Of a stretch of 64,000 nucleotides of DNA, positions 10,224 through 21,750 are shown piece after piece. Each line of letters begins with the position of its first letter. Position 1 is the stretch's first letter. The notes below the pieces were generated by a model, which had not been told where the DNA came from, did not search any database, and saw only the letters and a list, made by a program, of their open reading frames with translations. Where the stretch lies: assembly GCA_002709695.1 (NCBI GenBank), contig PAQF01000078.1, positions 116,980 to 180,979 of the forward strand. The letters are read 5' to 3'. A program made the translations under genes and the position numbers. This DNA comes from Candidatus Poribacteria bacterium (GTDB taxonomy: Bacteria > Poribacteria > WGA-4E > UBA9662).

Positions 10224-11000
10224 TTATGACGCCTCAATTGTATCGATTAAACTAGCAAGATAATCGCGGTCACGTTGTAGAGCTTCAAGCTTGTCGTCAC
10301 CATGCAAAAACTCTATTTCAATATAGTTATTATATCCAATATCTGCTAGTTTCTGAACAATTTTTTCATAGTCAACAACCCCATCAGCAATTGCGCAACC
10401 TTGGCCATCAGCATTAGCATTTTGCGCATGTACATTAACAATGTGCGAACCCAGCTTTTCAACTGTTTCATATGGGTCGTCTGCATCCGACCGAAATGAA
10501 GGTTGGAAGTAAGTCTTAATTGCTGGCACTCTAACATACTCAAGAAGTTCGAGTATGCTGTCTATACTATCAGTGAAATTATTGTTATGCATTTCCAATC
10601 CAAGTGTGAGGTCCCGGAACTGCGCCCAATGTGCTAAACTGGCAAAACGAAAAAAGATTGTTTGTTTGGTGTCAGTTGTTATTGTTTTTGAGCTTCCTCC
10701 TTTTGACCACACTCGGACAAGATTTGTACCCAAGCCCTCTGCAATTTTGTATGCTTCTTCAAAATGCTGTTGGTGTCTATCTAGGAGAGGATTGACGTAC
10801 GATCCATATGCTGAAACTTCTAGGTCTTTACCTTCAATAAGCTTTCTAACATGTGCTATATATTCTGAATCGTATGTCTCTGGCATATGTGGTTCTTGCC
10901 CCCAAATCTCAATTCCGTCGAAACCATAATCAGCAGCAATCGAGATCACTTCTTCTAACGGTCGATCTCTAAAAGCAATCGTGCACAAACCCAGTTTCAT
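10224..11000 (-). CDS. Sugar phosphate isomerase/epimerase (xylose isomerase-like TIM barrel)
   Basis: Start reassigned to ATG 11000 (RBS GGAG): MKLGLCTIAF...GFDGIEIW...LEMH...NVH...IEIEF. Confidence 0.85.
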   Translation of the reverse strand: MKLGLCTIAFRDRPLEEVISIAADYGFDGIEIWGQEPHMPETYDSEYIAHVRKLIEGKDLEVSAYGSYVNPLLDRHQQHFEEAYKIAEGLGTNLVRVWSKGGSSKTITTDTKQTIFFRFASLAHWAQFRDLTLGLEMHNNNFTDSIDSILELLEYVRVPAIKTYFQPSFRSDADDPYETVEKLGSHIVNVHAQNANADGQGCAIADGVVDYEKIVQKLADIGYNNYIEIEFLHGDDKLEALQRDRDYLASLIDTIEAS

Positions 11001-11103
11001 ATATAACTCCTCTATATAATTTATATAGAAAAACAGACACATTTGCACTGAAGACATCATAACATAAATAAGAGTCTCTTTCAACTCTATTTATTCAGCA
11101 ATA

Positions 11104-11964
11104 TCACAAATATTTGCCTATAATCAAACCTAATTTTTCCTTGATTTCGTCGGGAATAACCTGAGGATTAGTAGCAATAGACTTTTCAAGGGCTTTATGA
11201 GCTGGACTATCCTCATTCCCTTCTGGAATAGAGGGAATCAAGAATTTAACAATTTGTTTTGCTTTTTCAACATTAGCCACTAGATTCTCGATAATCATCT
11301 CAGTGGTGACAGTGTCGTGATTTGGATGCCAGCAATCATAGTCTGTTGAACAGGCTAAAAGCGCATAGCTGATTTCGGCTTCGCGTGCTAGCTTTGCCTC
11401 AGGTCCTGCGGTCATGCCAATCACATCGAATCCAAGTTGTCGATAAAGCCTCGATTCTGCTAATGTAGAAAAAGCGGGTCCTTCCATGCAAATGTATGTT
11501 CCTCCTAAATGAGTCTTCGCCTCAACTTTTACAGTACTTTCATAAAGTAAATTGCTGAGAATTGGACAAAATGGCTGAGCGAAGCTAACATGAGCAACTA
11601 TCCCATTTCCAAAGAAGGTCGAAATTCTATTTTTTGTGTGGTCATAAAGCTGATCTGGTATTACGAAATGCCGAGGCTCAATTTCTTCTTTCAAACTTCC
11701 AACTGCACTAACAGAGAGTAACCATTTAACACCAATACTTTTAAGTGCATAGATATTTGCTCTAACATTTATCTCAGATGGTAACAATAGGTGTCCAACT
11801 CCATGCCTTGGTAGAAAAGCTACACGTTGGTCTTCAATTGTGCCAATAGTCAAACTACTGCTTGGTTTTCCAAATGGCGTATCGATCTCAACGTTCTCAA
11901 CTTGGCTTAAGCCTTCCATCTGGTAAAATCCAGAACCACCGATTATTCCGATTCCTGCGGTCAT
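11104..11964 (-). CDS. mtnP: S-methyl-5'-thioadenosine phosphorylase
   Basis: GIIGGSG, TPFG, RHG, SAVGSL, MEGPAFST, IGMT, TDYDCWH. Confidence 0.93.
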   Translation of the reverse strand: MTAGIGIIGGSGFYQMEGLSQVENVEIDTPFGKPSSSLTIGTIEDQRVAFLPRHGVGHLLLPSEINVRANIYALKSIGVKWLLSVSAVGSLKEEIEPRHFVIPDQLYDHTKNRISTFFGNGIVAHVSFAQPFCPILSNLLYESTVKVEAKTHLGGTYICMEGPAFSTLAESRLYRQLGFDVIGMTAGPEAKLAREAEISYALLACSTDYDCWHPNHDTVTTEMIIENLVANVEKAKQIVKFLIPSIPEGNEDSPAHKALEKSIATNPQVIPDEIKEKLGLIIGKYL

Positions 11965-12072
11965 ATGTCCCCTTTATGTTACAATCTTATTAGTGTGATT
12001 TTTCTTATGGTAGCCTAAGAATATAGAAAAAGACTGGATGTTGAATTATACCATCTTCAATTTTTACTTAAA

Positions 12073-12903
12073 GTGCAAATGACTTTACTGAACTGTGGTA
12101 CCTTAACTATTGAGGGGAAATCAGTTGGTGGGTTAGCAACATATATGCGTGTCAAAGAGCTCGATCTGATCTTTGATCTGGGACGGTGTCCAATAAGTTT
12201 TATTGGGACGAATCATGTTTTTATCACTCATTTTCATCTTGATCATTACTTTGGATTACCAATCTACGTTAGCCAGCGCTGGATTTCTAACATGCCTCCC
12301 GGTGAAGTTTTTGTTCCTGCAGAAGGGATAGAACAACTTCAAAACATCCTTGATAGCATTGCCAAACTTGATAGCCAGCGGACGTGGAATCATCGTCTCG
12401 TACCAGTCAAAGTTGGCGACCGAATTCCGTTTCGAAGGAATTTGGTCGCCTATGCTATAGCAGTAAACCATACTATACCTGCTGTTGGGTACTTAGTTTG
12501 TGAGGTTCGAGATAAACTTAAACCAGAACATCTAGGACGACCAGGGGCTGAGATCGCTGAATTGCGCAGAAAAGGAGTTCCAGTCACAAACCGCCTCGAG
12601 TTGCCTATCATTGCCTATTTAGGCGATACTCAAACAGTTTCAATGGAAACTCACCCACTCTTGGCTCGTTGTCAAATTTTAGTATGCGAGTGTACCTTTT
12701 TATTGCCTGAAGATCGACAAAGAGCCGAAAAGACAAAGCATTTCCATCTTGATTCTTTGATTAGTTTAGTCAAAAACTTTAATGGTGATAAAATTGTTCT
12801 TACACATTTTTCCCAACGCTACTCTACTCACCTCATTCAAAAACAAATTGAGCAAGCGATTCCAGATCCTGCTCAACGAGCAAAGATTGGTTTATTTATT
12901 TAA
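12073..12903 (+). CDS. Metallo-beta-lactamase-fold hydrolase, short-form RNase Z-like
   Basis: THFHLDH, H..PAVGY, YLGDT, ECTF, THFSQRY. Confidence 0.8.
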   Translation: MQMTLLNCGTLTIEGKSVGGLATYMRVKELDLIFDLGRCPISFIGTNHVFITHFHLDHYFGLPIYVSQRWISNMPPGEVFVPAEGIEQLQNILDSIAKLDSQRTWNHRLVPVKVGDRIPFRRNLVAYAIAVNHTIPAVGYLVCEVRDKLKPEHLGRPGAEIAELRRKGVPVTNRLELPIIAYLGDTQTVSMETHPLLARCQILVCECTFLLPEDRQRAEKTKHFHLDSLISLVKNFNGDKIVLTHFSQRYSTHLIQKQIEQAIPDPAQRAKIGLFI

Positions 12904-13091
12904 ATAGGAATATTATTTCAACGAATTAAGAATCAAGTAACTAAATTCTATAAGTTGAGCCTAATTTTATCCTTTGTAACCTGTTCTATCCAATAATTGA
13001 ATAGGGCTTATCTTAGCTATGGTTGGATGAAACTACAGTGTTAAACAGCACGTTTTTTAAGTTTAAAACAGTACTGAAACGGTAAAATATA

Positions 13092-13829
13092 ATGAAGTTT
13101 GTTGCGCAAACGGACATTGGTAAACGCCGTCGTTACAATGAGGACTGTTACTTGATTGATGATAGAGTTGGTCTATTTGTTGTTGCAGATGGCATGGGTG
13201 GGCACAACGCTGGTGATATTGCCAGTCAATTGGCTATTGATGTATTCCGTGAATGGGCTGAATCGTTTCCTAAAATTGCTCCGTCCATTCACGGAAAAGC
13301 AACAATAGTTAACATAATAGATCAGTTAGTTGTAGATGCAAACACACGAATACACACTGAATCAAAGATACATCCAACTCGTCATGGGATGGGTACTACG
13401 TTAATCGCTGGCATCTGCCAAGATAATTTGATTTCCTATGCGCATGTTGGCGATAGTCGAATTTACCTGATTCGTCAAGGTTGTATCACCCAAATTACCA
13501 TTGATCATTCACAGGTTCAAGAGATGGTTGACAGTGGTATTATTACAGCTGAAGAGGCGAGAGTTCATCAAAATCGCCATATTATCAATCGAGCTGTTGG
13601 ATTACACCAAACGGTTATAGTAGATACAAATCAATTCGAGATTCTAACTGATGATATTCTTCTCGTATGTACAGATGGGTTACATGATATGATTGCTTCA
13701 GATCAAGAAATTGCTGAGCTTATTATTTCTGCGTCAGATCTCGAATCTGCGGGGAAAACCCTTACTGAAACAGCACTTGCCTATGGTGGTTCTGATAATA
13801 TCACGCTTATCCTAATTCACATTGCGTGA
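13092..13829 (+). CDS. PP2C/Stp1-family Ser/Thr protein phosphatase
   Basis: GKRRRYNED, VADGMGG, MGTT, HVGDSRIY, CTDGL, GGSDNIT. Confidence 0.93.
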   Translation: MKFVAQTDIGKRRRYNEDCYLIDDRVGLFVVADGMGGHNAGDIASQLAIDVFREWAESFPKIAPSIHGKATIVNIIDQLVVDANTRIHTESKIHPTRHGMGTTLIAGICQDNLISYAHVGDSRIYLIRQGCITQITIDHSQVQEMVDSGIITAEEARVHQNRHIINRAVGLHQTVIVDTNQFEILTDDILLVCTDGLHDMIASDQEIAELIISASDLESAGKTLTETALAYGGSDNITLILIHIA

Positions 13830-13965
13830 GTCTTCCCCCATCCATCATGTTTGAGTTGACTTTATAGTTCCTCAAATGAGTTTGGGATTAGAGACCAGAA
13901 TTTTTTTTTGAAAAAATGTGCTGTGCTGTATTCAATCATCACCGTGGGAATTAGGAGTAAATATA

Positions 13966-16287
13966 TTGAAGAACATAGATAAAAGTGACCTCAAATTGTG
14001 GTATTGCCAACCTGCAAATGAATGGGTTGAAGCATTACCTATTGGTAACGGCAGACTCGGCGCAATGGTTTTCGGCCGTGTTGAAGACGAACGAATTCAA
14101 CTTAATGAAGATACTTTGTGGGATGGGCATAAATTCAATCGTAATAACCCAGAAGCATTTAATGCTTTACCAACAGTTCGACAGTTGCTTTTTGAGGGCA
14201 GAAATCAGGAGGCAACCGATTTAGCTGCGGAAAAGATGATGGGGGTTCCTCCACGAATAAAGTCATATCAAACGGTTGGTGATTTGAGACTAAAGTTTGA
14301 TCATACTCTGGATCAATGCCGGCAGTACCATAGAGAACTCGATCTCAATGTCGGTGTTGTTCGCACATGTTACAAACATAATTCTGTTTCCTATGTACGC
14401 GAAATCTTTTCCTCGGCACCAGATAACGCTATTGTTATGCAGCTATCTTGTGACATTCCAAAACAAATAAGTTTTGTGGCAACATTTTCACGGGAACAAG
14501 ATGCCCACTGCCAATTAATGAGCAAAGATCATATTGCGCTCGTGGGAGCAATAGGTAAAGATGGGTTAAAGTTTGAAGCCCACATGGCAGTCATCGTAGA
14601 CAATGGTAGGATATGGACAGAAGATGAAAACTTAGTTGTCGAAAATGCAGACAAGGTTACATTAATCATCGTAGCTTTCACCAGTTATATAAATCAAAAC
14701 GATACATCGGCTAATCCTCGGACGTTATGCGAAAACACATTAAATTTAGCTAAAGCCAAGTCTTATCAAATATTACGCACGGACCATATATTAGATTATC
14801 AAAGTTTGTTTCACCGCGTTGAAATTAATCTTGGAAAAACAATTGAGATGCCAACAGACCAGCGTCTTGAAAGGCTAAAAAATGGCGATCAAGACCCTGA
14901 ACTGTTGGCACTTTACTTTCAATATGGACGATATTTATTGATGGGAAGTTCGCGACCAGGGTCACTTCCAGCCAATCTACAGGGAATTTGGAATGAACAC
15001 ATGGATGCACCTTGGAATAGTGACTTTCATACCAATATTAATATTCAGATGAATTACTGGCCAGCTGAGGTCTGTAATCTTGCAGAATGCCACCTCCCTT
15101 TATTTGATTTGATGGCTGGTCTTGTTGAACCCGGGAGTGAAACAGCAGAAACGCATTATGGATCAAATGGTTGGACAATCCACCATCTCTCTGATATATG
15201 GGGTTTTACAGTTCCTGCAGATGGTGTTTGGGGAATCTGGCCCGTTGGTGCAGCATGGTTGTGTCAGCATTTATGGGAGCATTTTCTGTATGGTCAGGAT
15301 CTCTCATTCCTTAAAGAGGTTGCCTATCCTTTGATGAAGGGAGCTGCTAGATTTATGCTTGATTTCTTGGTGGAGGCACCAGAATGTACACCTGTAGCAG
15401 GTAAACTTGTAACGAATCCTTCTCATTCACCGGAAAACAGTTTTATTAAACTGGACGGAACGCAATCGATGTTCACTTATGCAGCAACTATGGATTTGCA
15501 AATCACATGGGATCTGTTTACTAATTGCATTGATGCAATCAATACGATTGATGATGATGTCGAGCATAACTTTCGTCAGGAAATTGAGGCTGCGCTGGCT
15601 AACTTAGCACCGCTACAGATCAGTAGAAAGACGGGGCGTTTGCAAGAATGGATTGAAGATTATGATGAACCAGAGCCTGGGCATCGTCATATGTCTCATC
15701 TTTATGGGTTGCATCCTGGTTGTCAAATCACATTACGTGGGACTCCTGAACTTGCAGCTGCAACACGAAAATCCCTTGAACATCGATTGGCCCATGGAGG
15801 AGGGCATACTGGTTGGAGTAAGGCTTGGTTGATTAGTTTTTGGGCCCGATTGGAAGAAAGTGAGCAAGCATATAATAACTTGACCGACTTGTTAACCAAA
15901 TGTACGCTTAACAATCTTTTTGATACGCATCCACCCTTTCAAATTGATGGGAATTTTGGAGGAACATCAGGTATAGCAGAGATGTTACTACAAAGCCATA
16001 ATGGAGAACTTCACTTACTTCCTGCTTTGCCTAGTGCGTGGTTAGTAGGCAATATCAAGGGGTTACGTGCTAGAGGTGGGTTCGAAGTAGACATCTCATG
16101 GCAAGACGGAAAACTTTTGGAAGCTGAAATTAGCACAACTGTTGGTGGCCCCTGCCGAGTGCGAACTTCTCTGCCAGTTAGGATTTATTTGGATGATCAG
16201 GTTGTTGAAGGTCAAAACCTTGATGAGAACTTAATCCTTTTCAATACAGAAGAAAGAAAAAAATACCAGGTAAAGCAAGGTTTTTAG
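13966..16287 (+). CDS. GH95 alpha-L-fucosidase
   Basis: [52 protein letters not shown]. Start set at TTG 13966 after AGGAG (track start 13918). Confidence 0.93.
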   Translation: MKNIDKSDLKLWYCQPANEWVEALPIGNGRLGAMVFGRVEDERIQLNEDTLWDGHKFNRNNPEAFNALPTVRQLLFEGRNQEATDLAAEKMMGVPPRIKSYQTVGDLRLKFDHTLDQCRQYHRELDLNVGVVRTCYKHNSVSYVREIFSSAPDNAIVMQLSCDIPKQISFVATFSREQDAHCQLMSKDHIALVGAIGKDGLKFEAHMAVIVDNGRIWTEDENLVVENADKVTLIIVAFTSYINQNDTSANPRTLCENTLNLAKAKSYQILRTDHILDYQSLFHRVEINLGKTIEMPTDQRLERLKNGDQDPELLALYFQYGRYLLMGSSRPGSLPANLQGIWNEHMDAPWNSDFHTNINIQMNYWPAEVCNLAECHLPLFDLMAGLVEPGSETAETHYGSNGWTIHHLSDIWGFTVPADGVWGIWPVGAAWLCQHLWEHFLYGQDLSFLKEVAYPLMKGAARFMLDFLVEAPECTPVAGKLVTNPSHSPENSFIKLDGTQSMFTYAATMDLQITWDLFTNCIDAINTIDDDVEHNFRQEIEAALANLAPLQISRKTGRLQEWIEDYDEPEPGHRHMSHLYGLHPGCQITLRGTPELAAATRKSLEHRLAHGGGHTGWSKAWLISFWARLEESEQAYNNLTDLLTKCTLNNLFDTHPPFQIDGNFGGTSGIAEMLLQSHNGELHLLPALPSAWLVGNIKGLRARGGFEVDISWQDGKLLEAEISTTVGGPCRVRTSLPVRIYLDDQVVEGQNLDENLILFNTEERKKYQVKQGF

Positions 16288-16867
16288 GATATTTACTGGC
16301 CTATCTAGGTTTTAAGATATTATAAATTACAATTTTTGTGGTTCATTTTTTGTATAGAGATGTTATCTCTCAGTCCAACTTCCCCGTAACGATACATCGG
16401 TTTTTGCTGAAGTAGGAAAGTTAGATTATGTTATGATGAAACGAAGGTGATGCATGACCAGAACAGTTCTTAGCTAGTTTTTAGGGTCAACTATTCCAGT
16501 CATGCTGAAGAGACTGAAATCAAATTTCTAGCAGGTTACTAGTTAGAGAAGATACGATCAAAATAGTGGATGTTTGGAACATCTGTATCAAGGATTAAGT
16601 ACCTGTACTTTAGAACAGGTAGAAAGTAATCAAGAAAATGGCATGATCGATACAATAATCAATTTTTATAGTTTAGCAAACGACTAAATTTTCTTCCCAC
16701 TCATGAGTTACGTTAATCAATTCATGAGTGTTATGTTAGGCTAATCTTTAAGTACATATAATACCTTACCATTGAAAGATAGAATCAAACAAACTCATGA
16801 AAAAAGCTTTTCTCTTTGTCTTTTCTAAAGGGGAAACAATAATTTTTGGAGAGAATCAAATTAATTT

Positions 16868-17677
16868 ATGGAAATAACTAAATCACAGTTAAATCAGTTT
16901 GACCAAGTTGGTTTTTTCAAAATGGATCGAGTGATCTCACGAAAAGGGTTCCAAGAAATTCGTGAGAGGATGGAGGATATTACTCAAGGCCGAATACAGT
17001 ATCCAGGAATGTCATTTCAATTAGATGGCAGTAGTAAAGCATACGATTCTGTTCCAAGGGGTGGAGGGTTTCAGGGGCCGTCTGATAACTATCGAAAGAT
17101 TCAAGGGTGGGAAAAAGACCCTGTGTTTCTTAAGTACATGCAACACAAAATTTTCAGAGACCTGACACAGAAATTAATAGGAGATAAGGTTTCTATCTAT
17201 CGTGCTATGTTTATGAATAAGCCCCCACAAAGTGGTACTAATCTTCCTTACCACCAAGATGGGGGCGCAGGCTGGGGATTATCAAGCTATCTTGCTAATC
17301 AATTTGTCACAGTTTGGACAGCAATTGATAATGCCTATGTAGAAAGCGGTTGTATCCAAGTGGTTCCGGGTAGCCACAAGCTTGGATTATTATCTGATCA
17401 AGGTCACACAATTACAGAGGAGCAAGTTAAAGAGTATGCTTCGGAGGAGAAATCAGCTTATCTAGAAGCCCAAATGGGAGAGATCTTTGTTCTCCATAAC
17501 TTTTTACTACATAAATCAGGAATTAATCAAACGAATAAACCGCGTCGTGGATTCAGTGTTTGCTACATGGATGGTACTATCACACGGGTCAACACTTCAG
17601 AGGACACAGGAGTAATTAATCCGAACTATGAATTTCCTATTATGTTCGGAGAAAATGCGATGAAAGCAGCAGTCTGA
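16868..17677 (+). CDS. PhyH-family Fe(II)/2OG dioxygenase
   Basis: PYHQD, VTVWTAID, VPGSH, LLHKSGIN...RR. Confidence 0.9.
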   Translation: MEITKSQLNQFDQVGFFKMDRVISRKGFQEIRERMEDITQGRIQYPGMSFQLDGSSKAYDSVPRGGGFQGPSDNYRKIQGWEKDPVFLKYMQHKIFRDLTQKLIGDKVSIYRAMFMNKPPQSGTNLPYHQDGGAGWGLSSYLANQFVTVWTAIDNAYVESGCIQVVPGSHKLGLLSDQGHTITEEQVKEYASEEKSAYLEAQMGEIFVLHNFLLHKSGINQTNKPRRGFSVCYMDGTITRVNTSEDTGVINPNYEFPIMFGENAMKAAV

Positions 17678-17700
17678 CCTAGGCCAAGTCAGACTGCTTT
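17668..17700 (+). terminator. Hairpin over the phyH stop, possible terminator
   Basis: 11-bp perfect stem AGCAGTCTGAC/GTCAGACTGCT; T tract is short. Confidence 0.5.
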
Positions 17701-17792
17701 AATAGGTTACCTATGTTTTCTTTACTTTTAGCTTATATGCCCTTTTCGAAGTTATATTTTTGGTACACTAATGTTATTTTTATGGTGATTTT

Positions 17793-18752
17793 ATGTCCAA
17801 AATACTAGTTACAGAGAATATCGTTGGCAAACAAATGGAGATATTGAAAAGGAGTTTCGATGTTAGGTTCGACCCAGAATTGTGGGAGTCCCCAGATAGA
17901 TTGAAAGAAATCATTCCTGATTTCGAAGCGCTGATTATTCGAAATCAAACTATCATTACTTCTGAACTTATCACTATCGCTAGTAATTTGAAGGTTATCG
18001 GGCGGCACGGGGTAGGAATTGATAATGTAGATCTTAATGCGGCTACCAAGGCTGGAGTTCTCGTGACCTACGCACCGGAGCAGAATGCTATCTCTGTAGC
18101 GGAATTGGTGATGGGATTGGTCCTCTGTTTGGCTAGGAAAATCCCGGCTGCAGATCGGAGTACTAGACAAGGGAACTGGGAACGGCAAAACTTTACAGGA
18201 ACTGAGATTTTTAATAAAACTATTGGAATTATTGGTCTAGGTCGGATCGGTTATCGCGTTGGTATAAGAGCACAAGCCTTCGGTATGGATATAGTCGCGC
18301 ACGATCCCTACATTAATCAAGACAGTTTAAATGTTTCTGAACTACGTGCATCTTTATTGAGTTTAGAGGATTTGTGCTGCCAATCTGATTATGTTACTTG
18401 CCACTTGCCTCTAACTGAAGAAACGAAAAAAAAATTTAATTACGAGATCTTTTGTTCTATGAAACCGACAGCTTTTTTTATCAATCTGTCTCGTGGAGGA
18501 GTTGTGGATGAAGAAGGATTGCTTCGTGCTTTGCAAAACAAACGGATTGCTGGTGCTGCACTTGATGTTCGGCAGGATGAACCACCAGGAGAAGATCTGT
18601 TTTCTGAAATGGAGAATGTTATTTTAACGCCTCACGTTGCTGGAATCACTGAAGAATCAAGAGAAAGAGTTGTTTCTTGCGTTTGTAAGGATGTGGCTGC
18701 TGTATTAAGAGGTGAAAGTCCTGTTCACGCGGTTAATTCAATAAGATTTTGA
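17793..18752 (+). CDS. D-isomer-specific 2-hydroxyacid dehydrogenase (SlcC/PGDH-like, no ACT domain)
   Basis: ALIIRNQT, GRHGVGIDNVD, GLGRIG, NLSRGG, LDV..DEP, TPHVAG. Confidence 0.88.
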   Translation: MSKILVTENIVGKQMEILKRSFDVRFDPELWESPDRLKEIIPDFEALIIRNQTIITSELITIASNLKVIGRHGVGIDNVDLNAATKAGVLVTYAPEQNAISVAELVMGLVLCLARKIPAADRSTRQGNWERQNFTGTEIFNKTIGIIGLGRIGYRVGIRAQAFGMDIVAHDPYINQDSLNVSELRASLLSLEDLCCQSDYVTCHLPLTEETKKKFNYEIFCSMKPTAFFINLSRGGVVDEEGLLRALQNKRIAGAALDVRQDEPPGEDLFSEMENVILTPHVAGITEESRERVVSCVCKDVAAVLRGESPVHAVNSIRF

Positions 18753-18771
18753 GATCCAAAACTAAGGGCGA

Positions 18772-20013
18772 TTGCAGATGGATAAGAAATTGAAACAAAC
18801 ATTTACGTATGTTACTCACCTTGAATGTAGTATGGTTGGGGATAATTATGCAACCTACCAACAGCACAATTTATCCAAAGCAGGTAAACCACTACTGGTA
18901 AAGTATGATTTAAAGTCTTTGTCTAATAGTTTATCCAGAGAAGAATTGTCATATCGGCCAGAAACTTTGTGGCGTTATCGCGAATTTTTACCTATTAAGA
19001 ATCCTGAGAATATTGTCACTCTTGGTGAGAATATGACACCATTGATTCACACACCGCGCCTACAATCAGGAAAGGGTAATATCTACATCAAAGATGAAGG
19101 TCGTTTGCCAACGGGTTCATTTAAGGCACGAGGACTATGTATGGCAGTTTCAATGGCTAAGGAACTAGGCGTTACCCGGATTGCCATGCCAACAAATGGA
19201 AATGCAGGTGCTGCACTGGCTGCTTATGCGTCACGTGCAGGTATTGAAGCTTACATTTTTTGCCCTGAAGATACCCCACAGGTGAACGTTCGCGAAATCG
19301 CCGCTCAAGGAGGGAAAGTTTGGTTAGTTAATGGTCTTATTAATGATTGTGGTCGAATTGTGACCGAAGGTAAAGAAAAGATGGCTTGGTTTGATTTTTC
19401 AACACTCAAGGAACCTTATCGTATTGAAGGTAAGAAAACTATGGGATTGGAATTAGCTGACCAACTTGAATGGGTATTACCAGATACTATTTTTTACCCA
19501 ACTGGTGGTGGGACTGGGTTGATTGGTATGTGGAAGGCTTTTAATGAGATGAAAGATATCGGTTGGGTTAATGGTAAACTACCACGCATGATTGCTGTAC
19601 AAGCCACGGGGTGCGCACCGATTGTACAAGCTTATGAAGACGGGGCTGAACACGCCGAATTATGGGAGGGAGCTCATACTGTTGCTGCTGGGATTCGTGT
19701 GCCAGTCGCGATAGGAGATTTCTTGGTTTTACGTGCTATACGCGAAAGTAATGGATTTGCAACTGCTGTGGATGATGAAAAAATCTTGGAGGCGCGTAAT
19801 GAAGTTGCTCAACAGGAGGGTATTCTTCTATGTCCAGAAGGTGCTGCAACTTACGCTGCCTACAAAAAAGAGCTTAGTAGTGGTCGTATTAACCCATCGG
19901 AATCAGCCATTTTGTTTAATTGTGCAAGTGGCCTAAAATATGAGCTCCCGAAAATGTCGCGATTTCTAGATTGCACTCAGCCAGTAATAGATTATTCGAA
20001 ATTGTCAGACTAG
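18772..20013 (+). CDS. thrC: Threonine synthase-like PLP enzyme
   Basis: LWRYREFLP, TLGENMTPL, PTGSFKARG, YRIEGKKT, PTGGGTG, CPEGAA. Substrate not certain. Confidence 0.75.
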   Translation: MQMDKKLKQTFTYVTHLECSMVGDNYATYQQHNLSKAGKPLLVKYDLKSLSNSLSREELSYRPETLWRYREFLPIKNPENIVTLGENMTPLIHTPRLQSGKGNIYIKDEGRLPTGSFKARGLCMAVSMAKELGVTRIAMPTNGNAGAALAAYASRAGIEAYIFCPEDTPQVNVREIAAQGGKVWLVNGLINDCGRIVTEGKEKMAWFDFSTLKEPYRIEGKKTMGLELADQLEWVLPDTIFYPTGGGTGLIGMWKAFNEMKDIGWVNGKLPRMIAVQATGCAPIVQAYEDGAEHAELWEGAHTVAAGIRVPVAIGDFLVLRAIRESNGFATAVDDEKILEARNEVAQQEGILLCPEGAATYAAYKKELSSGRINPSESAILFNCASGLKYELPKMSRFLDCTQPVIDYSKLSD

Positions 20014-20328
20014 TTTGGCGTAATCTAGAGCATATTTCCGAACTCTGGTAATGACTTCCATATTTTCATTTCTAGTAGGATATCTGCTGGAGTTGCTCTA
20101 AGCGACTACATGGAGAAAAGGGTTCTCCAGATCAAAAGGTTTATATATCAAAAAGTGATCTTTTCTAAGTTAAGATCAAAAATCTAGCTTTCGGGAATGG
20201 TGGGAAACGAATTTTTTGGCAACCATTTCTACCCACATATCTTCTTCTGGTGGATATTTGGAATAAATTGAGGTCCGCAAGTATGACTCGATCCGAAAAT
20301 CGTAATTAATCTAATTGGTTTTAAGGTT

Positions 20329-21750
20329 ATGTCTAGCCAAGAAATATGTTTTATGACAGCAGTAGAAATGGTGAATTGTCTTCGTTTTGGTGATCTGTCT
20401 GCCCGCCAGATAATGGTAGCCCATTTGGACCAGATTAAACGGATTAATCCAAAGGTTAATGCTATTGTTACCTTGTGTGCGGAGGAGGCTATGAAACAAG
20501 CTGCTGTTGCTGATGAAGCGCTTGTGCATAATAGGAAGGAGGTGGGACCTCTTCATGGTTTACCAATAGCACACAAAGATTTAACATTAACTAAGGGTAT
20601 TCAAACCACGTTTGGTTCACCTGTTTTTCAGGATTTTATTCCTGATCAAGATGGGTTGATTATAGAAAGATTGAAACAAGCAGGTGCGATTACTGTTGGG
20701 AAAACTAATACCCCTGAATTTGGCGCAGGATCTCAAACTTATAATGAGGTTTTCGGAGAGACCTTAAATCCTTATGATATAAGTAAAACTTGTGGTGGTA
20801 GTAGTGGTGGTGCAGCGGTAGCTCTTGCCTGTGGAATGCAACCTATCGCTGATGGGAGTGATATGGGGGGGTCACTCCGCAATCCGGCGAGCTTCTGTAA
20901 TGTTGTAGGGTTTCGACCTTCACCAGGCAGAGTGCCGGTTTGGCCGTCTCTCACGGGATGGTTCCCGATATCTGTACAAGGTCCTATGGCACGTACAGTT
21001 GCAGATGTGAGCTTAGTGCTGAGTGCTATTGCTGGGCCTGATCCTCGTTCACCAATTTCCATCTCAGAATCCGGTGATGTTTTTAAGCAATCTTTGGATA
21101 GAGATTTTTCCGGTGTACACATTGCATGGAGTCAGGACTTAGGCGAATTTCCAGTTGATAAGAGGATTACTAAAGCGATTGAAGGACAAAAATCCGTATT
21201 TGAGTCGATAGGTTGTGTCATAATTGATGACCAACCGGACTTTACAGATGCCGACGAAATTTTTAAAATATGGCGTGCGTGGCACTTCGAACTGGCTTAT
21301 GCTGAACTATTAGAAACGCATCGAGATCAGATCAAAGACACAGTCATCTGGAATATCGAAGAGGGGCAAAAACTTAGCGGGGTAGAGATCGGTCGCGCTG
21401 AAATTAAACGAACTCAGTTATACCAGCGAATTCGTGAGTTTATGGAAAAGAGCGAATTTCTGGTTCTGCCTGTTAGTCAAGTTCCTCCTTTTGATATAAG
21501 ACAACGTTATGTTACTGAAATTAATGGTGTTGATATGGAAACCTATATTGATTGGATGAAATCCTGTTATTACATTAGTATTACTGGTCTTCCTTCTATC
21601 TCAGTGCCCTGTGGATTTACTTCTGAAGGTTTACCTGTTGGTATTCAAATCGTCGGTCGTCATCAGGACGACTTTGGTGTCCTACAGCTTGCCTATGCCT
21701 TTGAGCAATCAACAGGTTTTTGGAAACAGAAGCCTACAATTGTGGCATAA
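20329..21750 (+). CDS. Amidase signature family enzyme
   Basis: GPLHGLPIAHKD, GKTNTPEF, GGSSGG, GSDMGGSLRNPA. Confidence 0.92.
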   Translation: MSSQEICFMTAVEMVNCLRFGDLSARQIMVAHLDQIKRINPKVNAIVTLCAEEAMKQAAVADEALVHNRKEVGPLHGLPIAHKDLTLTKGIQTTFGSPVFQDFIPDQDGLIIERLKQAGAITVGKTNTPEFGAGSQTYNEVFGETLNPYDISKTCGGSSGGAAVALACGMQPIADGSDMGGSLRNPASFCNVVGFRPSPGRVPVWPSLTGWFPISVQGPMARTVADVSLVLSAIAGPDPRSPISISESGDVFKQSLDRDFSGVHIAWSQDLGEFPVDKRITKAIEGQKSVFESIGCVIIDDQPDFTDADEIFKIWRAWHFELAYAELLETHRDQIKDTVIWNIEEGQKLSGVEIGRAEIKRTQLYQRIREFMEKSEFLVLPVSQVPPFDIRQRYVTEINGVDMETYIDWMKSCYYISITGLPSISVPCGFTSEGLPVGIQIVGRHQDDFGVLQLAYAFEQSTGFWKQKPTIVA

